Source: Escherichia coli (lineage in GTDB: Bacteria > Pseudomonadota > Gammaproteobacteria > Enterobacterales > Enterobacteriaceae). From it: a DNA stretch of 64,000 bases. The position numbers were made by a program, and so were the translations under genes. Positions 27,245 through 36,517 of the stretch are shown here, piece by piece. How positions within the stretch are numbered: the stretch's first letter is position 1; the number at the start of each line of letters is the position of its first letter. The notes under the pieces are model-generated. The model was given only the letters and a program-made list of their open reading frames with translations. It had not been told where the DNA came from and ran no database searches. Where the stretch lies: the NCBI RefSeq assembly GCF_024502345.1, contig NZ_JALDNN010000001.1. One strand, given 5' to 3'.

Positions 27245-27499
27245 TCACAACTCAATTTCAATATCGCCTTTTGCCCGGCAACAACAGGGCAAAATTTCCC
27301 CCGGCTGAATAAAGGCTAACGGTTCGGCAATCCAGTCCACCTGGCCTGCAACAAGGCGCGTGCGACAGGAGCCGCAGTAACCTTCGCGGCACTGGTACTC
27401 AACCGCCACATTGTGGGATTCCAGCGCCGCCAGAAGGGAAGGGTGTTCATCCTGGCACAGCAGTTGTGTGCCAGTGATGCGCAGGGTAACGCAGGCCAT
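27245..27499 (-). CDS. yfaE: 2Fe-2S ferredoxin YfaE, diferric-tyrosyl radical maintenance for NrdB (84 aa)
   Basis: Cys motif CREGYCGSC...C; immediately downstream of nrdB, overlapping its stop. Confidence 0.92.
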   Translation of the reverse strand: MACVTLRITGTQLLCQDEHPSLLAALESHNVAVEYQCREGYCGSCRTRLVAGQVDWIAEPLAFIQPGEILPCCCRAKGDIEIEL

Positions 27500-28629
27500 C
27501 AGAGCTGGAAGTTACTCAAATCGTCGGTGTCCACTTCGGAGTCAATCTGCCCGACCAGATAAGAACTCACCTCCACTTCCTGTGGAGCAACCTGCACGTT
27601 ATCAGACACCAGCCAGGTGTTGATCCACGGGATCGGGTTGGAGCGCGTCTGGAACGGCAGATCCAAACCAACCGCCTGCATACGGATATTGGTGATGTAC
27701 TCCACGTACTGGCAGAGAATGTCTTTGTTCAGACCAATCATCGAACCGTCACGGAACAGATAATCCGCCCAGTCTTTCTCCTGTTGTGCCGCCTGGACAA
27801 ACAGGTCATAGCACTCCTGCTTACATTCTTCGGCAATTTCCGCCATCTCCGGATCATCCGCGCCGCTGCGCAGCAGATTCAGCATATGCTGGGTGCCGGT
27901 CAGGTGCAGGGCTTCGTCGCGGGCAATCAGGCGAATAATTTTGGCGTTACCTTCCATCAGCTCACGTTCAGCGAATGCGAAAGAGCAAGCAAAGCTGACG
28001 TAGAAACGAATCGCTTCCAGCGCGTTAACGCTCATCAGGCAGAGATACAGTTTTTTCTTCAACTCGCGCAGGCTAACGGTTACGGTTTTACCGTTAACGG
28101 TGTGGGTGCCTTCGCCCAGCAGGTGCCAGTAGCTGGTCATTTCGATCAGCTCATCGTAATAGCTGGAGATCCCTTCCGCACGTTTCTGGATCTGCTCGTT
28201 GGTGACGATATCGTCAAACACAACAGACGGATCGTTAACGATATTACGAATGATATGAGTATAGGAACGGGAATGAATCGTTTCTGAGAACGCCCAGGTT
28301 TCGACCCAAGTTTCCAGTTCCGGGATCGAGATCAGCGGCAGCAGTGCCACGTTCGGGCTACGACCCTGAATGGAGTCCAGCAGCGTCTGATATTTCAGGT
28401 TGCTGATAAAGATGTGTTTTTCGTGTTCAGGCAGCGCCTGGTAATCGATACGGTCACGAGAAACGTCAACTTCTTCCGGACGCCAGAAGAAAGAGAGCTG
28501 CTTTTCGATCAGCTTTTCGAAGATGTCATATTTTTGCTGATCGTAGCGAGCCACGTTGACCGGCTGACCAAAGAACATCGGTTCTTTGAGCTGATCATTT
28601 TTCGTCTGTGAAAAGGTGGTATATGCCAT
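27499..28629 (-). CDS. nrdB: class Ia ribonucleotide reductase beta subunit NrdB (376 aa)
   Basis: Start [34 protein letters not shown] at 28629; di-iron/tyrosyl-radical protein; the six-frame ORF extends 17 codons upstream into the REP region. Confidence 0.95.
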
Positions 28630-28639
28630 GAGTGTGTCC

Positions 28640-28775
28640 TGTTGGGAGTTTAATGCCGGATAAGGCATTTTACGCCGCATCCTGTGCCTGATGCGACGCT
28701 GGCGCGTCTTATCAGGCCTACAAACCGAGCCGTAGGCCTGATAAGGCGTTTACGCCGCATCCGGCATCTCAATAT
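28640..28775. repeat. REP/BIME element in the nrdA-nrdB intergenic region
   Basis: Imperfect palindromes of the GCCTGATGCGACGCT / GCCGGATGCGGCGTAAACGCCTTATC(A/C)GGCCTAC type, characteristic of E. coli REP sequences. Confidence 0.8.
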
Positions 28776-31060
28776 CAGATCTTACATGCGCCGCTTTCGC
28801 AGCCATCGTCCTGGATTGACGGCACCAGATCGTCCTGCGCGTCTTCAGCGCCGTCACGGGTGTTCTGATAATACAGCGTTTTGACCCCGAATTTGTAGGC
28901 GGTGAGCAGGTCTTTCAGCAATTGCTGCATCGGCACTTTTCCTGACGGGAAGCGTGACGGATCGTAGTTGGTGTTAGCAGAGATCGACTGATCGATAAAT
29001 TTCTGCATGATACCCACCAGTTGCAGGTAGCCATCGTTACCCGGCATTTCCCACAGCAGCTCATAGGCGTCGTGCAGATGCTCGTAGTCCGGCACTACCT
29101 GGCGCAGAATACCGTCTTTCGACGCTTTGATGCTGACGTAACCGCGCGGCGGTTCAATACCGTTAGTGGCGTTAGAGATCTGTGAAGAAGTCTCGGACGG
29201 CATCAGGGCAGAAAGCGTGGAGTTACGCAGACCGTGCGTTTTGATCGATTCACGCAGTGCTTCCCAGTCGTAATGCAGTGGTTCATTAGCGATGGCATCC
29301 AGATCTTTCTTATAGGTATCGATCGGCAGGATCCCTTTCGCGTAAGTGGTTTCGTTAAACCACGGGCACGCGCCTTGCTCTTTCGCCAGCTCATTAGACG
29401 CTTTCAGCAGGTAATACTGAATCGCTTCGAAGGTTTTATGCGTCAGGTTGTTGGCGCTGCCGTCGGAGTAACGTTTACCGTGCTTCGCCAGGTAGTAAGC
29501 GAAGTTGATCACACCAATACCCAGCGTACGACGACCCATCGCCCCGCGTTTGGCGGCCGGGATCGGGTAATCCTGATAATCCAGCAGCGCGTCAAGTGCA
29601 CGAACCGCCAGAATCGCCAGCTCTTCCAGTTCATCCAGGCTGTTAATTGCGCCCAGATTGAATGCAGACAGCGTACACAGCGCGATTTCACCGTTTTCGT
29701 CGTTGACGTCGTTCAGCGGTTTGGTCGGCAGGGCGATTTCCAGGCACAGGTTAGACTGGCGCACTGGCGCGATGGCCGGATCAAACGGGCTATGGGTATT
29801 GCAGTGGTCAACGTTCTGAATATAGATACGACCGGTAGACGCACGTTCCTGCATCATCAGCGAGAACAGCTCAACGGCTTTCACACGCTGCTTGCGGATG
29901 CTGTCGTCTTTCTCATATTTGGTATACAGGCGTTCAAACTCTTCCTGATCGGCGAAGAATGCGTCGTACAGCCCCGGTACGTCGGACGGGCTGAACAGGG
30001 TGATATCTTCACCTTTCAGCAGGCGGGTATACATCAGTTTGTTGATCTGTACCCCGTAGTCCATATGACGCACGCGGTTGCCTTCCACCCCACGGTTGTT
30101 TTTCAACACCAGCAGGCTTTCAACTTCCAGATGCCACATCGGGTAGAACAGCGTTGCCGCACCGCCGCGCACGCCGCCCTGAGAGCAGGATTTCACCGCC
30201 GTCTGGAAATGTTTGTAGAACGGAATACAACCGGTATGGAACGCTTCGCCACCGCGAATCGGGCTACCCAGCGCACGAATACGCCCGGCGTTGATGCCGA
30301 TCCCGGCACGCTGGGAAACATATTTCACAATCGCGCTGGAGGTGGCGTTGATGGAATCCAGGCTGTCGCCGCACTCGATCAGTACGCAGGAGCTGAACTG
30401 ACGAGTCGGGGTACGCACGCCGGACATGATTGGCGTCGGCAGCGAAATTTTAAATGTGGAAACCGCGTCGTAAAAACGCTTCACATATTGCAGGCGCGTT
30501 TCACGCGGGTAGTTCGAGAACAGGCACGCGGCAACCAGAATATAAAGGAACTGGGCGCTTTCGTAGATTTCGCCGGTCACGCGGTTCTGTACCAGATATT
30601 TGCCTTCCAGTTGCTTAACGGCAGCATAAGAGAAGGTCATATCACGGTCGTGATCGATAAACGTGTCCATCTGCTTGAACTCTTCTTCCGTGTAGTCTTC
30701 CAGCAGATGATTATCGTATTTGCCCATCTCGACCATTTTCACCACGTGGTCGTACAGCGCAGGCGGCTCAAACTGGCCGTAGGCTTTTTTACGCAGGTGG
30801 AAGATCGCCAGGCGCGCGGCGAGATACTGATAATCCGGCGCATCACGGGAGATCAGGTCTGCGGCAGCCTTGATAATGGTTTCGTGGATGTCAGAGGTCT
30901 TGATACCGTCATAAAACTGAATGTGGGAGCGCAGCTCGACTTGGGAAATCGAAACGTTATGCAGTCCTTCTGCCGCCCAATCCAGAACGCGATGGATTTT
31001 GTCGAGATTGATGCGCTCTGTGCTACCGTCGCGCTTTGTCACCAGCAGATTCTGATTCAT
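28775..31060 (-). CDS. nrdA: class Ia ribonucleotide reductase alpha subunit NrdA (761 aa)
   Basis: ORF 761 aa with ATP-cone N-terminus (MNQNLLVTKRDGSTERINLDKIHRVL) and the conserved C-terminal Cys pair. Confidence 0.97.
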   Translation of the reverse strand: MNQNLLVTKRDGSTERINLDKIHRVLDWAAEGLHNVSISQVELRSHIQFYDGIKTSDIHETIIKAAADLISRDAPDYQYLAARLAIFHLRKKAYGQFEPPALYDHVVKMVEMGKYDNHLLEDYTEEEFKQMDTFIDHDRDMTFSYAAVKQLEGKYLVQNRVTGEIYESAQFLYILVAACLFSNYPRETRLQYVKRFYDAVSTFKISLPTPIMSGVRTPTRQFSSCVLIECGDSLDSINATSSAIVKYVSQRAGIGINAGRIRALGSPIRGGEAFHTGCIPFYKHFQTAVKSCSQGGVRGGAATLFYPMWHLEVESLLVLKNNRGVEGNRVRHMDYGVQINKLMYTRLLKGEDITLFSPSDVPGLYDAFFADQEEFERLYTKYEKDDSIRKQRVKAVELFSLMMQERASTGRIYIQNVDHCNTHSPFDPAIAPVRQSNLCLEIALPTKPLNDVNDENGEIALCTLSAFNLGAINSLDELEELAILAVRALDALLDYQDYPIPAAKRGAMGRRTLGIGVINFAYYLAKHGKRYSDGSANNLTHKTFEAIQYYLLKASNELAKEQGACPWFNETTYAKGILPIDTYKKDLDAIANEPLHYDWEALRESIKTHGLRNSTLSALMPSETSSQISNATNGIEPPRGYVSIKASKDGILRQVVPDYEHLHDAYELLWEMPGNDGYLQLVGIMQKFIDQSISANTNYDPSRFPSGKVPMQQLLKDLLTAYKFGVKTLYYQNTRDGAEDAQDDLVPSIQDDGCESGACKI

Positions 31061-31137
31061 GTATGTCGTACCTGTTTTTGGAATTCTTTCCGCAATAGTT
31101 TCATGCAGACTACCTGTAGTACGGGAAGCTGCTTAGA

Positions 31138-31186
31138 ACACTATATATAGGGGGTATGTTTGGGATTCACTGCAAGATAGTGTGAA
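31138..31186 (-). promoter_or_regulatory. two NrdR-box-like palindromes (ACACTATATATAGGGG and CACTGCAAGATAGTGTG) upstream of nrdA
   Basis: Paired 16-bp palindromic elements about 85-125 bp upstream of the nrdA ATG, resembling the NrdR operator consensus. Confidence 0.55.
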
Positions 31187-31213
31187 AATGGCCCTCTTGC
31201 AAGTGCATAACTT

Positions 31214-31222
31214 TGTGGATAA
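31214..31222 (-). promoter_or_regulatory. DnaA box (TTATCCACA on the minus strand) in the nrdA promoter region
   Basis: Exact match to the DnaA box consensus TTATNCACA. Confidence 0.6.
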
Positions 31223-31755
31223 CTCAGGAAGGAAAAAGTGGCTTTCGCGCACCTTAGGTCAGACAAGGTGTCCGGGAAAGTCAATGGGAAGAGAAAAATT
31301 TGTTAAAAATAACTGTTCGGCGATTTCTTGAACGGCAGAATAGGTTGGATAAATTGATATAGATGGTTTATTAATCTTTTTGCTAATGATTGCAAAAATT
31401 GATCTAAGCACGAGTCATCACATAATCTGATGTATCAGTTGTGGTCAATATATAAGCGAATGTAAGCGATTGTTGATGTCGAAATGGTTGTTTTCTATTC
31501 GGTTATTGTTAAATGCGAAGCCATTTTGTTAATTTAGCTTATATTATAAGAAAATTATTCATTACTTTAATTTAGTTTAAATATAACTGGTATCCCTTAA
31601 GGTTATTAACTTGAATTATGACGCACTGATACTATTCATCAAATAATAATAAAATAGCTATTGCATCTGGTTGGACAATTTACAAAAGAAAGATAACCCA
31701 TATTGTATAATGCGTTTAAATATGCCGTCTTATATAAAATGATGGTCAGATTAAT

Positions 31756-34700
31756 ATGCGGATTATCTTTCTACGCAAGGAGTATTTATCTCTACTCCCG
31801 TCAATGATTGCATCTCTTTTCTCTGCTAACGGTGTCGCGGCGGCCATTGATTTATGCCAGGGATATGATATCAAAGCGAGTTGTCACGCCAGCAGGCAAA
31901 GCCTTTCAGGCATTACGCAGGTCTGGAGTATCGCCGATGGGCAATGGCTGGTTTTTTCGGATATGACCAATAATGCCAGCGGTGGGGCCGTATTTTTGCA
32001 ACAAGGAGCGGAATTTACATTATCACCAGAAAATGAAACTGGAATGACTCTGTTTGCCAATAACACCGTTTCAGGAGAATATAATAACGGCGGGGCAATA
32101 TTTGCTAAAGAAAACTCAACGCTGAATCTTACGGATGTTATTTTTTCTGGTAACGTCGCAGGCGGCTATGGTGGCGCAATCTATTCTTCTGGTACTAACG
32201 ATACCGGTGCCATCGATTTACGTGTCACTAACGCCGTGTTTCGCAATAACATCGCTAATGACGGCAAAGGTGGTGCAATTTATACCATCAATAATGATAT
32301 CTATTTAAGTGATGATGTTTTTAACAATAACCAGGCATATACATCAACAAGTTACAGTGATGGCGATGGCGGCGCAATCGATGTCACAGATAATAATAGC
32401 GACAGCAAGCATCCTTCAGGTTATACGATAATAAATAACACTGCCTTTACAAATAACACTGCCGAAGGTTATGGCGGGGCGATATATACCAATAGCGCGA
32501 CGGCTCCCTATCTTATTGATATTTCTGTTGATGACAGCTACAGCCAGAACGGAGGCGTGTTAGTCGATGAGAACAATAGCGCAGCAGGCTATGGAGATGG
32601 TCCTTCCTCTGCGGCGGGTGGCTTTATGTATCTCGGCTTAAGTGAAGTTACCTTTGATATTGCCGACGGAAAAACGCTGGTTATCGGCAATACAGAGAAT
32701 GACGGAGCTGTTGACTCTATTGCTGGTACCGGGTTGATCACCAAAACAGGTTCCGGCGATCTGGTACTTAATGCAGATAACAATGACTTTACTGGTGAGA
32801 TGCAGATTGAAAACGGTGAAGTTATTCTGGGCCGCAGCAACTCCCTGATGAATGTCGGAGATACTCATTGCCAGGACGATCCGCAAGACTGCTACGGTCT
32901 GACGATAGGGAGTATTGATAAGTACCAGAATCAGGCAGAGCTAAACGTTGGCTCGACCCAACAAACTTTTGTGCACGCATTGACGGGCTTTCAGAATGGC
33001 ACTTTAAATATCGATGCTGGTGGCAACGTTACTGTTAATCAGGGCAGTTTTGCTGGCATCATCGAAGGTGCTGGTCAGCTCACCATTGCGCAAAACGGCA
33101 GCTACGTGCTGGCAGGGGCGCAGTCGATGGCGCTAACCGGCGATATAGTCGTTGATGATGGTGCGGTGCTTTTGCTGGAAGCCGACGCGGCAGATCTTAC
33201 CGCTCTCCAGGACGATCCGCAGTCGATCGTGTTAAACGGCGGTGTGCTCGATCTCTCTGATTTCTCCACCTGGCAGAGCGGCACATCATACAATGATGGC
33301 CTTGAAGTCAGTGGCAGCAGCGGAACGGTTATCGGCAGTCAGGATGTGGTAGATCTTGCAGGCGGAAACGATATGCATATCGGCGGCGACGGGAAAGATG
33401 GCGTCTACGTGGTGATCGATGCGGGTGACGGGCAGGTCAGCCTGGCAAATGACAATCAATACCTCGGCACAACGCAAATCGCTTCCGGTACGCTGATGGT
33501 GAGCGACAACTCGCAGCTTGGAGATACCCATTATAACCGCCAGGTTATCTTTACCGATAAGCCACAAGAAAGCGTGATGGAGATTACTGCCAATGTCGAT
33601 ACTCGCTCTACAACGACTGAGCATGGGCGTGATATTGAAATGCGCGCCGACGGTGAAGTGGCAGTTGATGCGGGGGTAGACACGCAGTGGGGCGCACTGA
33701 TGGCTGACAGCAGCGGGCAGCATCATGATGAGGGTAGCACATTGACGAAAACGGGGGCGGGTACGCTGGAGCTGACCGCCAGCGGTACAACGCAGTCGGC
33801 GGTACGTGTCGAAGAAGGCACCCTGAAAGGTGATGTTGCTGATATCCTTCCTTATGCTTCATCACTGTGGGTTGGTGACGGGGCAACGTTCGAGACTGGC
33901 GCGGATCAGGATATTCAGTCTATCGATGCTACTTCCAGCGGCACTATCGACATCAGCGATGGTACGGTTTTGCGCCTGACCGGGCAGGATACTTCCGTCG
34001 CCCTTGATGCCTCACTGTTTAACGGCGATGGGACGCTGGTAAATGCTACCGATGGCGTGACGTTGACAGGCGAGCTTAATACCAACCTTGAAACTGACAG
34101 CCTGACCTATCTTGCTGACGTGACGGTTAATGGTGATCTGACCAATACGTCCGGTGCGGTTAGCCTGCAAAATGGCGTCGCTGGCGATACGCTGACGGTA
34201 AACGGTGATTATACCGGCGGCGGTACGCTACTGTTCGACAGCGAATTAAACGGCGATGACTCGGTAAGCGATCAATTGGTGATGAACGGTAATACTGCTG
34301 GCAACACAACTGTGGTGGTTAACTCCATTACAGGGATTGGTGAGCCGACATCGACAGGCATTAAAGTGGTTGATTTCGCAGCTGATCCCACGCAGTTTCA
34401 AAACAATGCACAGTTCAGTCTGGCTGGCAGTGGCTACGTCAACATGGGAGCGTATGACTACACGCTAGTGGAAGATAACAACGACTGGTATCTGCGATCG
34501 CAAGAAGTAACGCCGCCATCGCCACCTGAGCCAGACCCGACTCCCGATCCTGATCCCACGCCGGATCCTGACCCAACCCCCGACCCGGCCCCTACGCCTG
34601 CTTACCAGCCGGTGCTGAATGCCAAAGTTGGCGGTTATCTCAATAACCTGCGGGCGGCAAATCAGGCGTTTATGATGGAGCGACGCGATCACGCTGGTAG

Positions 34701-35508
34701 CGATGGTCAGACGCTGAATTTACGTGTTATCGGCGGACGTTATCATTACACGGCGGCAGGGCAACTGGCTCAGCAGGAAGACACTTCTACGGTGCAGCTT
34801 AGCGGTGACCTGTTTAGCGGGCGCTGGGGCGATGATGGCGAGTGGATGCTTGGGATTGTAGGTGGCTACAGCGATAACCAGGGCGACAGCCGCTCGAGTA
34901 TGACCGGAACTCGCGCCGATAACCAGAACCACGGTTATGCCGTTGGGCTGACCTCAAGCTGGTATCAGCACGGTAATCAGAAGCAGGGGGCCTGGCTGGA
35001 TAGCTGGCTGCAATACGCGTGGTTTAACAATGATGTTTCCGAACAAGACGATGGCGTGGATCATTACCATTCGTCGGGGATTATCGCCTCGCTGGAAGCG
35101 GGGTATCAGTGGTTACCGGGGCGTGGTGTGGTGATTGAACCGCAGGCGCAGGTGATTTATCAGGGCGTGCAGCAGGATGATTTTACCGCCGCTAACCGTG
35201 CGCGCGTGTCACAATCGCAGGGTGATGATATTCAGACGCGGCTGGGTTTACACAGCGAATGGCGTACCGCTGTTCATGTCATACCAACATTAGATCTGAA
35301 TTATTATCACGATCCCCATTCGACGGAAATTGAAGAGGATGGCAGCACTATCAGTGACGATGCGGTGAAGCAATGGGGTGAAATAAAAGTGGGAGTCACG
35401 GGCAATATCAGTCAGCGAGTGTCCCTGCGCGGCAGCGTGGCGTGGCAGAAAGGGAGTGATGATTTTGCCCAGACGGCAGGGTTTTTGTCGATGACGGCGA
35501 AATGGTAA
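31756..35508 (+). CDS. yfaL: AIDA-I-type autotransporter adhesin YfaL/EhaC (1250 aa)
   Basis: Large ORF with repeated GGA(I/V)Y beta-helix passenger motifs, a proline-rich PEPDPTPDPDPTPDPDPTPDPAPTP linker and a C-terminal beta-barrel translocator ending in ...AKW; preceded by about 690 bp of AT-rich DNA. Confidence 0.93.
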   Translation: MRIIFLRKEYLSLLPSMIASLFSANGVAAAIDLCQGYDIKASCHASRQSLSGITQVWSIADGQWLVFSDMTNNASGGAVFLQQGAEFTLSPENETGMTLFANNTVSGEYNNGGAIFAKENSTLNLTDVIFSGNVAGGYGGAIYSSGTNDTGAIDLRVTNAVFRNNIANDGKGGAIYTINNDIYLSDDVFNNNQAYTSTSYSDGDGGAIDVTDNNSDSKHPSGYTIINNTAFTNNTAEGYGGAIYTNSATAPYLIDISVDDSYSQNGGVLVDENNSAAGYGDGPSSAAGGFMYLGLSEVTFDIADGKTLVIGNTENDGAVDSIAGTGLITKTGSGDLVLNADNNDFTGEMQIENGEVILGRSNSLMNVGDTHCQDDPQDCYGLTIGSIDKYQNQAELNVGSTQQTFVHALTGFQNGTLNIDAGGNVTVNQGSFAGIIEGAGQLTIAQNGSYVLAGAQSMALTGDIVVDDGAVLLLEADAADLTALQDDPQSIVLNGGVLDLSDFSTWQSGTSYNDGLEVSGSSGTVIGSQDVVDLAGGNDMHIGGDGKDGVYVVIDAGDGQVSLANDNQYLGTTQIASGTLMVSDNSQLGDTHYNRQVIFTDKPQESVMEITANVDTRSTTTEHGRDIEMRADGEVAVDAGVDTQWGALMADSSGQHHDEGSTLTKTGAGTLELTASGTTQSAVRVEEGTLKGDVADILPYASSLWVGDGATFETGADQDIQSIDATSSGTIDISDGTVLRLTGQDTSVALDASLFNGDGTLVNATDGVTLTGELNTNLETDSLTYLADVTVNGDLTNTSGAVSLQNGVAGDTLTVNGDYTGGGTLLFDSELNGDDSVSDQLVMNGNTAGNTTVVVNSITGIGEPTSTGIKVVDFAADPTQFQNNAQFSLAGSGYVNMGAYDYTLVEDNNDWYLRSQEVTPPSPPEPDPTPDPDPTPDPDPTPDPAPTPAYQPVLNAKVGGYLNNLRAANQAFMMERRDHAGSDGQTLNLRVIGGRYHYTAAGQLAQQEDTSTVQLSGDLFSGRWGDDGEWMLGIVGGYSDNQGDSRSSMTGTRADNQNHGYAVGLTSSWYQHGNQKQGAWLDSWLQYAWFNNDVSEQDDGVDHYHSSGIIASLEAGYQWLPGRGVVIEPQAQVIYQGVQQDDFTAANRARVSQSQGDDIQTRLGLHSEWRTAVHVIPTLDLNYYHDPHSTEIEEDGSTISDDAVKQWGEIKVGVTGNISQRVSLRGSVAWQKGSDDFAQTAGFLSMTAKW

Positions 35509-35509
35509 T

Positions 35510-35640
35510 CGCTGTCTGACCATCACTATTGCCGGATGCGGCGTAAACGCCTTATCTGGCCTACGGAGAGCATTTGTAGGCCTGATAAGACGCGGCAAGC
35601 GTCGCATCAGGCATTGGCGCGGTTGCCGGATGAATCCAAA
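35510..35640. repeat. REP/BIME element between convergent yfaL and ubiG
   Basis: GCCGGATGCGGCGTAAACGCCTTATCTGGCCTAC and GTAGGCCTGATAAGACGCGGCAAGCGTCGCATCAGGC palindromes. Confidence 0.8.
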
Positions 35641-35648
35641 CAACAACC

Positions 35649-36371
35649 TCACTTATTCTGCGTGTGCAGCATATAGTTCACATCCACGCCGGGGCCGAGT
35701 TTAAAAGTATTAGTGATCGGGTTGTAATGTAGCCCGGTTATATGTCGCTCTTTAAGGCTTGTCTGATCTACCCAGCCAAGCAGCTCTGCCGGTTTAATAA
35801 ACTTCTTCACATCATGCGTGCCTTTGGGCACCATGCGCAAAATATATTCCGCGCCAACCACCGCCATCAGCCATGACTTGCCGTTGCGGTTAAGCGTCGA
35901 GAAAAAGACATCGCCGCCCGGTTTCACCAGTTGCGCACAGGCTCTGACCACTGACTGCGGATCGGGGACGTGCTCCAGCATCTCCATGCAGGTCACCACA
36001 TCATACTGCCCGGCATGTTTTGCCGCGTGCTCTTCCACGGTTTCCTGCACGTAATCCACCTGAATGCCGCTTTCCAGCGCGTGCAGCTTTGCCACCTGCA
36101 ATGGCTCAAAGCCCATATCCAGACCGGTCACCGTCGCGCCTTCGCGCGCCATACTCTCGGCCAGAATGCCGCCGCCACAACCGACATCGAGCACCTTTTT
36201 GCCAAATAAGCCGCCAGCACGCTCGGCAATATAGCCCAGACGCAGCGGGTTAATGCGGTGCAGCGGTTTGAACTCACCTTCCAGATCCCACCAGCGGGAG
36301 GCGACGGCTTCAAATTTAGCGATCTCTTCGTGGTCTACGTTATGGTTTACCGGCGATTTTTCGGCATTCAT
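35649..36371 (-). CDS. ubiG: bifunctional ubiquinone biosynthesis O-methyltransferase UbiG (240 aa)
   Basis: Start [21 protein letters not shown] at 36371; SAM-binding motif [13 protein letters not shown]. Confidence 0.95.
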
Positions 36372-36517
36372 TGGCACTTCTACTCCGTAATTGGCAAGAC
36401 AAACGAGTATATCAGGCATTGGATGTGAATAAAGCGTATAGGTTTACCTCAAACTGCGCGGCTGTGTTATAATTTGCGACCTTTGAATCCGGGATACAGT
36501 AGAGGGATAGCGGTTAG

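Noticed and set aside
29234-31150. 638-aa ORF on the + strand
   Set aside because: Lies entirely antisense to nrdA, whose identity is unambiguous; no plausible RBS; a long antisense ORF is a common artefact opposite highly expressed genes.
34507-34600. Possible CRISPR-like short repeats
   Set aside because: The repeats are in-frame coding repeats inside yfaL (proline-rich linker), with no spacer/repeat architecture and no cas genes in the window.
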